Source of the DNA: Epithemia pelagica | Lineage: Eukaryota > Protista > Bacillariophyta | NCBI GenBank assembly: GCA_946965045.2 | Contig: OX337233.1 | Coordinates: forward strand, 2,666,001 to 2,730,000 | DNA length: 64,000 bases | Direction of reading: 5' to 3' | In this document: positions 40,505-52,716 of the stretch, piece by piece | How the letters are laid out: the number at the start of each line of letters is the position of its first letter | Position numbering within the stretch: the first letter of the stretch is position 1 | The notes under the pieces: generated by a model | Database searches by the model: none | What the model was told of the DNA's origin: nothing | What the model saw: only the letters and a program-made list of their open reading frames with translations | Program-made: the position numbers and the translations under genes

Positions 40505-41101
40505 TGAGAAGAATGAAGGAGTTTGTGGACGACGACCGTGAGAGGTAGCGCTCTTGGACGAATAGACCAATTGCCCAATGAAACAATGATCCTTAAACAT
40601 GTGTGGCGTTGGCATAGGTAGAGTATACATAGTTTGAGAGAGAATCTTCTAACAAAAATACTATGCATTTAGTGCCGCCAACGGGATTGTTTGCCTGTAT
40701 TCAGCAGGCGCCTGGCTCCGTCCCGTGGTCCACGTGCACGAAATCCACCAAGCGGCGCCATCGCCATCCCGACTCTCCTTTCCAATAGCCAATAGGGTGC
40801 ACTCTTGAGAGATTTGCTCTTTCCCGCTTCATCATCATTGCTTCCCCTCTTGAATGCGGCTGCCAAAAACATACTTCTTGCCCACGTTTGCACTTATGAT
40901 CCAAGAGGCATTTAAAATGTTTTTGGAGACTGCTCGTAATAGAATTATCAAGTCCACATGGTCGCCATCATGAATGTCAAAACAGTCATCAAATTCATTG
41001 CGGTCACTGGAGTTTGAGTTGTTGTCATAAAGCCGACGACGACGGACCGTCTCCAGTGTCACCGCCTCCAGTGTCACCGTTCCCATTGTCACTTTCAGTC
41101 T

Positions 41102-41968
41102 TTACCTCAAGTTTGTACCCAATGTCGGTTCCACAAGGATTGATGAGAGTTCCCGGGGAGAAGATTCTGCTCGTTGAAACCTTTCTCTCTGGAATATCAC
41201 AGCAACGCCCAGAGCCAAAAGAAGTACGGCAACACTGATCCATAAAAGAGTCCTTGGCATTGCCTGGAGCCACGTATAGCGTGTCAAAGACCAGTTACTT
41301 GCATCGTAGGAGATGGCTTCCTTGTTCATTTCAGAACCAGTGGCTGCTTTGTCCAAACAACCATTGGTTGAAGTGGAAGAACTCGACAGCGACGAATATT
41401 GACGCCCCGGTGTCGATGGCGGTGGTCTTGGTTGCTTCCTGATGTTGCTGTTGGACAAGGATGCTTGTCGAACAAACGTTTCCGAAACATCCATGCGTCC
41501 TGTCGGAGGATTGTCGATTGTTGGCACGCTGGTAGGATCGTTGGTGGGTCGGTTCGAGCGTCGGGACAATCTCGGTGACTGGGATGACAATGAGGAATCT
41601 CGCACCTTTTCCTTTTTACATTTCATCAAATCTACACGATCATGGATTTTTGTTGTTCCATCCAAGAAGGAGAACGTGGACGCGAGGCTGGACCAATTCC
41701 CATTCCACGGACCAGTTGTAGCTGTCGGCGTCGTACACACAGCAGCCACAGCCACTGAGGAAGACACCAAGGGGTTATCTTGCTGTTGTGTGGCTGATAA
41801 TGACCTAGGAAACTGCTGCCCATCCAGACCCAGAATGCTTTCTTCTTCTTCTTCTTCTTTTCTTGGCTTCTTGCCCTCTGAGGAACCTTGAACGACAGCT
41901 CCTGATACTGAGACGGAATGACGAGTATCTTCCTGATTGTTGGCATCCAGAGTCGACGAAGCAGGCAA
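41102..41968 (-). CDS. Hypothetical low-complexity protein with one predicted TM helix; 3' structure uncertain
   Basis: 288-aa ORF with the hydrophobic segment LLWISVAVLLLALGVAVIF. The same frame stays open from 41101 to 40835 after the TAA. Confidence 0.4.
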   Translation of the reverse strand: MPASSTLDANNQEDTRHSVSVSGAVVQGSSEGKKPRKEEEEEESILGLDGQQFPRSLSATQQQDNPLVSSSVAVAAVCTTPTATTGPWNGNWSSLASTFSFLDGTTKIHDRVDLMKCKKEKVRDSSLSSQSPRLSRRSNRPTNDPTSVPTIDNPPTGRMDVSETFVRQASLSNSNIRKQPRPPPSTPGRQYSSLSSSSTSTNGCLDKAATGSEMNKEAISYDASNWSLTRYTWLQAMPRTLLWISVAVLLLALGVAVIFQRERFQRAESSPRELSSILVEPTLGTNLR

Positions 41969-42589
41969 TTTGCGTTTCCGGAAACCCTACGAACGAACCA
42001 AAACTGCTACATGGATTATCATCTGCGTTCTTGGTGGTGACCATGGTGGTGGTGGTGCTTGCGGCGGCGACGCCATTGCCCTCTCTTGCGAATTGATTCA
42101 TGTCCAAATAATCCTTAGCGCCATAAAGTCAACCATTTTTCTTCGTTTCGATAAAATATTTAGACCATCCGTGACTTGTACAATATCAAAACGTTAGAGA
42201 GTTGAATCTATGAAGAAATGGGTAATGGGTACATCAAATCTCCACGTGGAATGAGCAGGAGAGATCATACCCTCGAAGACAGGCTTGCTCGCATTCGTGC
42301 GAGTGGGAGTCAACTACCAATTCCTGCGAGTGAGGGTCTATTCCCACCACGTCGGGGGAGTCAAAAAGGCACAACCCAAAACGGACCGAGACGGATCTTT
42401 TCTATGGATTCCATACTCATAGAGATTGGAGACAAGAAGGATCATCTGCAGCTACAGACAGTTGAGACTTGAGGGACAAGTTTTGTCGTCATCATTCCAG
42501 CGGCTGTTTGGATCAACTATCACGACGGTATCCACGCCATTGCAATCGCATCCGGTTTTGGCAAGAGACAAGACAGAGAACACCAAAAA

Positions 42590-44209
42590 ATGAGGCTTCT
42601 ATCCTTCCACCGTATGGTGGCTACGACACTGTTTACGATTCTGTCAGTGACAATGATATCGGCCCAGGAAGAGACAAGGAAGTTTTCGTATCAGCACCCG
42701 AAACATGACGAGGTGATCCTTCCTGGACATACAGTCCAAGAATCGTATAGCTTGCCCTTGCCCCATATGTATTTGGATACAACGCAATTGCCTCGTTCCT
42801 TTTCCTGGGGCCATACGGATAAGGGACGATCCTATTTGACCAACAGTTTGAATCAACATATACCACAATATTGCGGCAGTTGTTGGGCCCACGCCGCCGT
42901 CAGTTCCTTGGGGGATCGTATTCAAATTGCACATGGACTGCATCGTGATCCAAACAAGAACGAGGACGATGTGTGGATGGACGAATTCAATTTATCGGTC
43001 CAATTCATTTTGAATTGTGGCGCGGACATGGCTGGATCGTGTCATGGAGGATCGACGAGTGGTGCCTTTCAATTGATTCAAACTCGAGGATATATTCCAG
43101 TGGATACCTGTCAACCCTACCTGGCCTGTTCGGGAGAAGAACAACACAATAGCTCCTTTGGACCCTTATGCTCCCACGTAGACACGTCGTGTACGCCTCT
43201 CAACACGTGTCGAACGTGTGCACCGAATGGAGACTGTCGTCCCATTGCACAATTCCCCAACGCCTCGATTGCCGAATACGGTATCTATCATTGGCCCACG
43301 GTCGCCATGATTCAAGCCGAAATCTGGATGCGAGGACCGGTCAAAACCTCCTTGGATGCCACGCTCATTCAGGATTACCCCGGAGGTGTCTTGTGGAATG
43401 CCAGTCAATACCATACCGACCAACACAATCACGGTGTTTCCATTGTCGGATGGGGATACGATGAAGAAAAGCAGAGGCAATATTGGATTGTACGTATGAT
43501 TAGTATCTTTTGGAGCCCTTGCGTGTTAGAAATAGGACGATAGAGAGGGAATCAGTGTTCTCACATTTCCTTGTTTCTGTGGCTGATTGCTGTCGCTGTG
43601 GAGATAGGTTCGAAACTCATGGGGTACGTTTCTCTCAATTTGCCATGACTTGAACGCCTTCATTGGCCTTCATGCCTCTTTGTTGTTCACCAGAGTCATC
43701 TAAAGAAGCAGTTTGGATACCCTTCCAACATGTGTCTTGTTCCAAATCTATGCACACTCACGGTTGGTTTCTGTTTGTTGTCGTGATGCTCTCGTGTTCA
43801 GGTCAATACTGGGGTGAAAGTGGATTTTTTCGTGTCGAAGTGGGTCACAATTTGTTGAATATGGAACGCAAAATCACCTGGGCCACACCCAAACATTTCT
43901 CCACGTACGTATCGAATGGCGTTGTACGGTGCTTGTTTGTCAGAATCGTTTTGGTGTTGTTTGTTAATGTTTGATCACCTCACGAGACATTGTGGTGACT
44001 GTGGTCTTGTTTTGCTTTTTCTGCTGTATGATTCGGCTTTGGGGGTTCACAGTTGGAAAAAGAACTGCCCCCAACCAGGACAACCAGCCGAGGAGTGCCT
44101 GACAGCGTTTGAGTATGTCGATCCTTGGCATCATGCCGAGTTTTATGCACAACTCCTCGCACAAGGGAAATCTCGCGAGGAACCTATTGTCACGAGTGTG
44201 AACGTGTGA
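42590..44209 (+). CDS. Cathepsin Z/X-like papain-family (C1A) cysteine protease; exons 42590-43489, 43608-43623, 43802-43904, 44053-44209
   Basis: Signal peptide, QHIPQYCGSCWAH (catalytic Cys), NHGVSIVGWG (His), and spliced YWI|VRNSWG|QYWGESGFFR (Asn). All introns are GT-AG. Confidence 0.92.
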
Positions 44210-44556
44210 CGGCAAGGAACCGAAAACAAACATCAACTACATGGATTGGATTGGAATCCCGAAAACCAACCTTTTCCATGTCGTTTGAACAAGAGCACGA
44301 AGTAACTATCATAGTAGCATGTCCAAAAATACTTGACTTAAAAAGGTCACCAATCATATTGGCTACTCCTACGTTCATGTTTCTTCCTAGTCACTACACA
44401 CATCAGGTCTCCACTTGCCCCGTGTAATGCTTCACGCATTACGTCCAGTTCGGTATGCCCGATATAGATGGTCATCTCTCTACGCTAAACAAGTCGGTCA
44501 ACAAAAGACGATAGCGGGACTGGAGGAAAATGGTGTCTATACGAATCATGTTGTTA

Positions 44557-45111
44557 CTAACCCACTTTGACAAATCGGCGTCTGGCGGCTTCCTTTTTGG
44601 AAATTTTGACACGTTCATCGTCATCCATTTTCTTGACCGGTTCTTCCTTTTGTTTCAAAATCACTTCAATGTGGGCTGGTTGACTGGCGTATTTTCCGAT
44701 ACGACCATGGGCACGGTAGGTTCGTCTGCGTCCGGGAGGCGCCCGGTTCACTTGTGCATGGCTAATGTACAATGTTTCCGGGTCCAAACCCTTGGATTCG
44801 GCATTGGCAATGGCGTTCTTGACCAAATTCTTGTAGACGGCCGTGGCCTTGACGGGCCAACGACCTTTGGAACCCGGTGATTTGCATTGTTTGGCCATGG
44901 CCTTGCGACCAATACCACCCGTGTATTTGACAAAGGGAATTACGGCCTTAAAGGCCAGGACATCGTCCAAGACTTTGAGGCACTTTTGTACATTCATTCC
45001 ATTGGTGAAATGGGCAATCTCCCGACAGTGCTTGAAATGTACGCGAAGATGAGATCCCCGAGCTTTTGACGTCTTTTCGGGGACGTCGGGTTCTACACTG
45101 TAACGAGTCAT
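44557..45111 (-). CDS. RPL17: 60S ribosomal protein L17 (uL22); probable 5'-UTR intron 45315-45113
   Basis: MTRYS...KARGSHLRVHFKH.RE...GRWPVK...NAESKGLD...RRRTYRAHGRI. The C-terminal few residues may involve another intron. Confidence 0.96.
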   Translation of the reverse strand: MTRYSVEPDVPEKTSKARGSHLRVHFKHCREIAHFTNGMNVQKCLKVLDDVLAFKAVIPFVKYTGGIGRKAMAKQCKSPGSKGRWPVKATAVYKNLVKNAIANAESKGLDPETLYISHAQVNRAPPGRRRTYRAHGRIGKYASQPAHIEVILKQKEEPVKKMDDDERVKISKKEAARRRFVKVG

Positions 45112-46024
45112 TCTAAAGGAATCACACCAAACGAGAGGGATCACATACTGAGGAATTTCGTCATACAACGAGACAAGACGACAATGGTACTCGACCCATT
45201 GAAACAGACAGCAGGCAGCAAAAGAGAGTATCACCAAACTAACACTCTTTCATTCATTTCACATCGATTTCTTTCTACTCCGATACCAGTAATTTCATTG
45301 TTCTTGTTGACTTACCTTCAAAGACCAACGAATAGGAAAAGTCAATGGAATCGCACGAGTCCTCTTGTCCTGAGACTTGACTTCCTCTTGTTGATGCGAC
45401 AAGGGAGGAGGACGGTCGAACAAAGTAAGTAACCGTGTAAGCAGTAATCTGCTAATTCGTGACTCAAAAAACTGCATCATTCCCGTGTAATATTCGTGAC
45501 CCATACCAACGGGACTGAAACGAAATTTGTGAGGGAACCTTCCGTGACAAGCGCGGCATGCGTACATGTCCGTTGAACGTCTATTCGAACGCGGCGCTTG
45601 GTTCGTGCCAGTCCTGTCGAGGAATTTGAACCCATCCTTCCCGCCATCCCCAAAGCGGAAGCCCTCACATTTTTCAGGGATCGACTCCCAGGATTCGAAT
45701 CGTTAACACACAGGGATGATGAATGTGATGGTGTGGGAAAGACTATACAGCGACCCCCCACCAAGAGTATGCCCCTCACAAATCACAAAACAAAAGAAAG
45801 TGTTCTCTCCCAAAATCAATCAAGGGCTTCGGAGTCCAAGGTAGTAGTGTATGGGGCAGTGTGTCCTATGGCACCGCTCCTCTGAAATTTCTGGATCCAA
45901 ACCCCAAATAGTTCACCACCGTTGGGTGCTTCACAAGCACAGCACGGTTCTACCACCAATCCTCTATTTTATGAATGCCGCAAGGGTCGTCTTCCCTGCA
46001 AAGCAGACATTAATAGTCAATACC

Positions 46025-48398
46025 ATGTGTCCGTGGTGGCGACAGCGACGAAAGCACTTCTATCTGATAACGGCACTACTATTGTTGGTGGACGGTGGTC
46101 AGGGAGAACCACTCTCCTGGTCTCCTCGCCACGACAGCCTCGAGGAGGAGACTGTTCAGAGACGAGGTGTTGCTGTGGATTCTTCCAGAGATCTCCGAGT
46201 CAAGCTACTACACTACATGGATGCGGCATCCGACTATTACCACTACAACAGACCCGAAAAGCACAAGAGTTCCAAATCGTCTCCCTCGAAAAACGATCGA
46301 TCCTCCAAGGCATTGAAATTTACCAAAGAATCAAAGTCACCCAAATACCCTTCCGACTACTACGACTATGACAAACCCCACAAGCAAAAGTCAAAATCCT
46401 CCCAATCGACACACGATCGATCTTCCAAATCATGGAAATCTCCCAAAGAATCCTATTCACCCAAATCCAGCAAAGACAGCAAGTCGCACAAATACGACGA
46501 CGACGACGATTCTGTTTCCAAAGGTAAAATGGAAAAAGGAAGCAGCAGCTCCAAGAAGGGCAAAAAGGAAAAAGAGCCATCTCGGCCTCCCTATCCCAAG
46601 CCAACGACCAAACCAACGTCACGACCCACCTCCAAACCAACCCCCAAACCTTCCCCGGAACCAACGTCCAAACCAGTTCCCACGGAAGCTCCACGACCGA
46701 CACCACGGCCATCTCCGAACGATACTCCTCGACCCACACCACGGCCCAACGAGCCAGTAATACCCACTTTCATACCCACTGCACTGCCATCGTCCAAAAC
46801 ATCCGTGGTACCGACGGTGAAAACCACGCCACAACCCACACCGCCACCCGTGGATCCTCCATCCCCTCCCCCGACGCCGTCGCCTACTCTACGGGTAAGT
46901 TCGATCCATAGTCTTTCCAAAGTGCTGGACGTTTCTCTCTGTGATTCGGTTCTAGTACGACTCGTGGACCGGGAGTGCAGATTGCGTTTTTGTTGCCGCG
47001 TGTTCTCACAAAATGTTTTCTTGGTTTCCTCAATCGCTACAGCCAACCATCCCACCCGTGCTACCAACAACTAGTCCCACCACGAATCCAACAAACAGTC
47101 CTTCTCCTCCACCGACCGATTTACCCACAGTTACGCCTACCCTGAGACCCTCGGATCCACCGACCAGTTCACCGTCTCTTCGTCCAACCCCAGAGCCTAC
47201 AGGTTCTCCCACTTCAAATCCAACAAGTGCTCCCACACTCGTTCCGACCGACCAACCATCGGCCTCCCCCACGATTCTCTTTAATGGCTGTGTTCCTCCT
47301 GTTTCCGTCGAACGACGGGAAGAAATCTTTTTTGGGTGGATTTCCACAGTTTCCGATCCAGTTCTGGTCAGTACCCCGGGGACGCTCCAGAACCAAGCCT
47401 TTGACTGGATTGTGAACAAGGATCCTGCGAAACTGTGTCCTGTGGACGAAAACGGCGTGTCGAATGAACGTGTCGTGATTGAGCGATATACCCTCGCACT
47501 CTTTTACTTTACCACCAACGGAAACTTCTGGTTTGAGTGTTCCAGCAATCCGATTAACTCGCAGTGTCCCGATGATAACATTAGTGATAGATGGCTGACA
47601 CGAGGATCGGTCTGCGGCTGGTTCAATGTCACGTGCACGGAACAAGACCATGTCGGAGCGATTATTCTCACCAACAATCTGGCTGGACCGATTGCGTCCG
47701 AACTGGGTTCTCTGCAAGATCTTACCGTCTTGATATTAGAGCACAATGAAGTGAATGGGACAATACCCTCGGAACTGGGAGCAGCGAGCACTCTGATTCA
47801 ACTGGACTTGTCGGAAAACAATCTTATTGGTCCAGTTCCCGCTGGTTTGTTTGATGCCACCACAAGTATGCGTTTCCTCAGCCTGAGGGACAACCAATTC
47901 ACGGGGGAAATACCGTCCGAGATTGACCGGTTGGATGCCTTGTTCAATTTGGAACTTGACAATAATCCCTTTGGGGGAGGTCTTCCCACGATTTTGGGAA
48001 GTCTGCCTTCCATGACATTTTTGACGCTTCACAACAATGGCTATGTCGGACCAATACCACAAGAGTACGATGGATTGGATCTGTTGCGGCAATTCAACAT
48101 TGAGAAAAACCAACTATCTGGCATTCTTCCCGACTTTTTTGGTGACGTGCCGAATATGGAGATTCTCAACTTTGGAGAAAATAAGTTTTCAGGCACCATT
48201 CCCTCGGCCTATGGAAAATTGGTCAATCTGGCGGAATTGTACCTTCAAGAAAACGAGCTGATCGGTACCATGCCGCCAGAGATTTGTCTCTTGAGAACCA
48301 CAGGGAGTCTCCGAACCTTAACGGCGGACTGTGGCACTGCTTTTGGTCCTCCCAAGGTTGAATGCCCTGCCGACTGTTGTACCGTGTGCTTTTCATAG
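46025..48398 (+). CDS. Secreted/surface LRR protein with a Lys/Ser/Tyr-rich N-terminus and Pro/Thr stalk; intron 46895-47042
   Basis: Signal peptide, a KxxK-rich block, PT repeats, then plant-type LRRs (LxxLxLxxNxLxGxIP) and a terminal ADC...ECPADCCTVC. The intron is phase 0 GTAAGT...CAG. Confidence 0.88.
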
Positions 48399-48622
48399 CA
48401 CTCCTTCGGACTGAGATGTTCGGTGTATTAGCGGAATTCCGTGGGATCAAATCAAAGACATTTGGGGTATTATGTATACTATGTTCCTCTAGCGAGAACT
48501 GTAAAAGTAGAGCAAACTTGTATCATTATTCAACTTGTGAAAATTCACCCAAGGGCCTACTACATACAAACAGTCGTGCGCAAGTCTGCTGTTTCTCAAC
48601 CACACGAGCATTCTCTTTCTTT

Positions 48623-49505
48623 TTAGTCTTCATCCAATTCATCAAGCGCTGAGGCTGCTGTACTACTACTGTCCAAAGTACCATCAAAGAGACCACCAGC
48701 ACCGCCGCCGCCAGGAGGACCTCCCATTCCTCCCATGTTCATCATGGCTTTTAGTTGTTCGCTGTCCATATTCTTGTACAACTCGGCCGCTGCTTGCATG
48801 GCTTCTCTCCATGCTAATGGCGACAAAACGTGGATCAAACGAGATGGGAGTTAAAATCAAGGTGATGAGACGATAAGAGTCATACTCCGATAGAGACGAC
48901 GAGAATGAGCACATCGAGGTACAGATTCTAGACTTACCGACCGGATCGTCAAGTAGCTCGGCCATACCTGGCATACCCGTCATCATACCTTTGAGCATGG
49001 GATTGTTGAGAATCATTTGACGAGCTTGCTCCAACATTTCTGGGTTGTTCATGTATTCTTGAAACATTGGGCTGTTCATGAGACTGGTCATTTGTTCAAA
49101 GCTTTCATTCATACTGGGCATGCTTCCACCCGCACCGGCTCCTCCGCCCATTCCCTTTAATAATTCATCCAGTTTTTCCGTATCGACCCCCGACTTTTTC
49201 AAATAATCCTTCATGGCATTGGCCGTGTCCGAGGTTGATTCCGCCGGTGTTGTGGTTGTTTCAATCCCATCGGGTACGACCGCCGATTTGCTCTTTTCTT
49301 TTTTTGCTTTGCTTGAAAGTACCGGAACCATATTCAATTGCGAACCATCTTCCACTCCGGCTTCTGTCAAGTCCGTCGAAGGGGACAACCTCTTGCCACC
49401 AAACAAGACGTGATGCTCTTTCGAATTTCCCGAAGCTTCCTTCATTTTGGCCTTGAGATCTTCCACGGTGGAAACGTCATTGATCTCATACTTTGTCCCT
49501 TTCAA
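48623..49505 (-). CDS. Ubiquitin-like domain + STI1-like (ubiquilin/Dsk2-like) protein; intron 48937-48814; 5' end unresolved
   Basis: LQVTLKGTKYEI...VEDLKAKM...VLFGGKRL...LTEAGVEDGSQLNMV (UBL), followed by Met/Asn/Pro-rich MNSPMFQEYMNNPEML...NNPMLK (STI1-like). No UBA domain is visible. Confidence 0.75.
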
Positions 49506-50376
49506 TGTGACTTGCAGATTTTGGAGGGGAGTTTTGGCCAGCGCACAGCCGATCCACTGTCAAAAAGGGGGACAGGGAGATCAGCGGCATGGAACAACGA
49601 TAAGCATGAATGGAGTCAAAAGCGCGATATATAGTAGATCACGCCAGGAGAACCACGGCAAAACTATTCGGTGGCACAACAAGTCTATACCACAACACAT
49701 ATCCAATGTCACGTACCAGAAGCGATCCAACAAGTAAATACGTTATTTGAACCATGATTGTTTCTTCAAATGAAAGTAATGGGAGTCCCAGTCGATCGGT
49801 GTAATGCCGTCACACCCAAAGTTGATTTGTGGCAAAAAGAATTTGCCGATATTCCACGTGTCCAAATCTTGGTTGATGGCGGCGGGGCGTGACTGTCACA
49901 CTGTCTGGGTCTGTGCTGTTCAACGGCCCCACTTGACAGAATGACATCTGTCGGATTGACAGATATACGTTCCATTCCTCCTAACCGATCACAACGATCA
50001 AGATCAATGGAATGGTATGAACTACTGCAGCACTCTAGATCCATCGAGTTCCATTCTATGGCCCTTTTGAGTTTTCTAGAGGTGAATGAAAGTGTCCGAA
50101 CAGCACGTTGGAACCCGGATGGAACGATTTATCCGATGATTCTGGCAAGTCACTTAGCCATGGTAGCTCACGTCACTAAGCCAAGGTAGGAGAAGATAGC
50201 TCGAGATCTTTCGCAAAAGGATCGCGAATCACGAATCACGACATGGACCATCCGCATCACTGATCCATTCATTCATCACCCGCCGCTCCTTCTCCTTCTC
50301 GGGTGTTGCTCCTTGACGAATTGCCAGTGATCGAGAGTTTGGACTTTTTGGTTGGTTATCATTCGTGTAGTACAGA

Positions 50377-52716
50377 ATGGGTGTTTCCTCGTCGGCCAAC
50401 GGGTTGGTGGAAGAGGAAGATACCCTCTTGCAGCCGTCGGAAGCATCGAAAGATGCTGGCACTGCGGATGAAAGAGACAGTGGTGCACAAACTCAGGATG
50501 ACGCCCTGCCTCATACACAACAACAAGAATTTGCCTCGAATCCAAACAAAACTGACATGCCGGAGAAGAAGGACAACGATGGCCTCGATCGTCCAAACGA
50601 TGCTAGCGACAAGAAGAAAAAACAAGAAGTAGAAGAAGAAGAAGTAACTGTGATTCCCTATGTGGGAACATTTTATTCTCAAGATGTGGATGAACTCAGT
50701 CCGGAAGAAGAGGAAGAATATTTGCGGTTGTACCAACATACACCCACCAAAACAACTTCTCCTCGACAATCACGCCGACGACAACCACAACCACAATCTC
50801 GGTCGCAACCTTCTCTGGTGACAAGAATATCCAAAAAACGAGATTCACCACGGTCATCTCCACGACTGCTCTTTGAAGTAGTTCGAGAAGAAGATGAGAA
50901 CGAGGAGGGGGAAGACGACGGGCAAGGAGCCAGCCATGGTATGGGGGAGGATCAAACAGGAAATTGGAGCAATCAACAGGGCCAGGAGGATGAAAACGGC
51001 ACAAGATGGACGGGTGAGAGAGGACGCACCACATTTCGGAGATTGTCGCGACAATTTTCCCAATCCATGGCTCGTCGAAGATCGTCCATTGAAGAACGGT
51101 TGCCCAAAACTCCTTCGGGATGGGCCATTTTGTTATCCGCCATTGGGGCAACCGTCTTGGCCTATGAAATACAATTGCAACAAAGTTTGACGGCTCCACC
51201 TCTAGTGTTTGGACAATGTTGCGATACGAACAGCAACAATGCTAGTAGTACGTTGACCACAAACACTGGAGCAAACCGTCCCGACAAGAAGGAACCTCCA
51301 CTGTATGCCATTTATCGAGCCTTGACAAAGTTTCCTCATTCCATCTTACGGCGCACCATTCAACCCAGTTTGTTTGTTGGAACTAGAGGTCTACTGGCAA
51401 GTACAGCGGCATATCTCGTGGGAGGGCCGGGAGCGACGGAGCGTCATTTGCGCTTTCGTGAAATCATGCCCATGACCATGGATGGTGCCCAGGTGGGCAT
51501 TGACTGGGAATTGCCACCACTGCATTTATCTCCTGAGGATATGAAAGGCACACGTCGATCCCAAGAGGAAGAACGGCGCAAGAATGAAATCTTGCATGGT
51601 CCCATTTCAACATCGGTTGTATTGATATTGCATGGCATTAACAACGACGCCAATTTTGGCTATGTAAGATCCTTGATGCGCGCCTGTTGCGACAAGGGAT
51701 GGGTAGCGGCTGGAATGAACTTTCGAGGATGTGGTGGTGTCCCCATGACGACACCCCGAGGATACAATGGTGGGTATACCGGGGATCTGCGGTGTGTCGT
51801 CCAGCGCATCGTGTCGCGCCTGGCCCCCAACGGAGCCTATCTGTGCATTGTGGGCAATTCCCTGGGAGCCAATCTAGTGGGTAAGTACTTGGGCGAAGAA
51901 GGCTTGAGTGGAACACTTCCAGACAAGGTTGTGGCTGGTATAACCTTGGGAAATCCCATGTTTATCAATTCCGCCAAAATCGAATTCCCCTATGGTCCTC
52001 TACTCGCGCTGGGCATAAAAAAGAGCATGATTGAGAACTGGTCCAATACATGGCCTTTCTTCAAACACGACCAGCATTTTCGGAATCGTGCACTTCAGTC
52101 TTTGGCTGCCATTCAAATTAAAGATTGTGATATAGCCATGGCGCCACTCTTTGCCCGGTCAGATCCACTCTATCCCTTTGGATTTCGAGTAGGACATAAA
52201 GACGGGTCGGCCTATTGGAACGATGCAAGTTCCTATCGATTGATCCGTTTCATTCCAGTCCCCACCCTCCAGATCATGGCAGCCGATGATATGCTTTGCT
52301 ACAACAACTTTAAGGGAGCATTTGCCTATAGTTTGGCCAATCCCAATGTCATGATGGTGGAAACACGATGCGGAGGACACTTGGGGTGGCAAGAATCACC
52401 ACCCCCACCACCATCATCCGAGGCCAATAAGACTAATGATGAAAATTCGAGTTCGTGGAAGCGCCGGGTTGTTACGGCGCTGGGTGGGGGTGGATCCACG
52501 AGTTGGGCCAATGTCGCCACAACCGATTTTATCGAGGCCGTATTGGAACTCAAAGTGCAACAAGAACAAGAACATTCGGATCAGTCACTGCCAAGTCAAA
52601 GTACTGGTTTGCCACACTGTTTTCAAGGACACATTCTGCCTACGATACCTTCGGGGAAAAGTTCGACCTCGCCATCCTCGCCAATGAACGCTCCGTTGAT
52701 TCGATCGCGGCTATGA
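50377..52716 (+). CDS. Alpha/beta hydrolase, ABHD1/3-YheT-like esterase
   Basis: VLILHGINND, MNFRGCGG, VGNSLGANLVGKYLGE (nucleophile elbow), AADD, TRCGGHLGW. Confidence 0.88.
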   Translation: MGVSSSANGLVEEEDTLLQPSEASKDAGTADERDSGAQTQDDALPHTQQQEFASNPNKTDMPEKKDNDGLDRPNDASDKKKKQEVEEEEVTVIPYVGTFYSQDVDELSPEEEEEYLRLYQHTPTKTTSPRQSRRRQPQPQSRSQPSLVTRISKKRDSPRSSPRLLFEVVREEDENEEGEDDGQGASHGMGEDQTGNWSNQQGQEDENGTRWTGERGRTTFRRLSRQFSQSMARRRSSIEERLPKTPSGWAILLSAIGATVLAYEIQLQQSLTAPPLVFGQCCDTNSNNASSTLTTNTGANRPDKKEPPLYAIYRALTKFPHSILRRTIQPSLFVGTRGLLASTAAYLVGGPGATERHLRFREIMPMTMDGAQVGIDWELPPLHLSPEDMKGTRRSQEEERRKNEILHGPISTSVVLILHGINNDANFGYVRSLMRACCDKGWVAAGMNFRGCGGVPMTTPRGYNGGYTGDLRCVVQRIVSRLAPNGAYLCIVGNSLGANLVGKYLGEEGLSGTLPDKVVAGITLGNPMFINSAKIEFPYGPLLALGIKKSMIENWSNTWPFFKHDQHFRNRALQSLAAIQIKDCDIAMAPLFARSDPLYPFGFRVGHKDGSAYWNDASSYRLIRFIPVPTLQIMAADDMLCYNNFKGAFAYSLANPNVMMVETRCGGHLGWQESPPPPPSSEANKTNDENSSSWKRRVVTALGGGGSTSWANVATTDFIEAVLELKVQQEQEHSDQSLPSQSTGLPHCFQGHILPTIPSGKSSTSPSSPMNAPLIRSRL

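Noticed and set aside
45113-45315. snoRNA in the RPL17 5' intron
   Set aside because: No clear C (RUGAUGA) and D (CUGA) box pair or H/ACA structure was seen.
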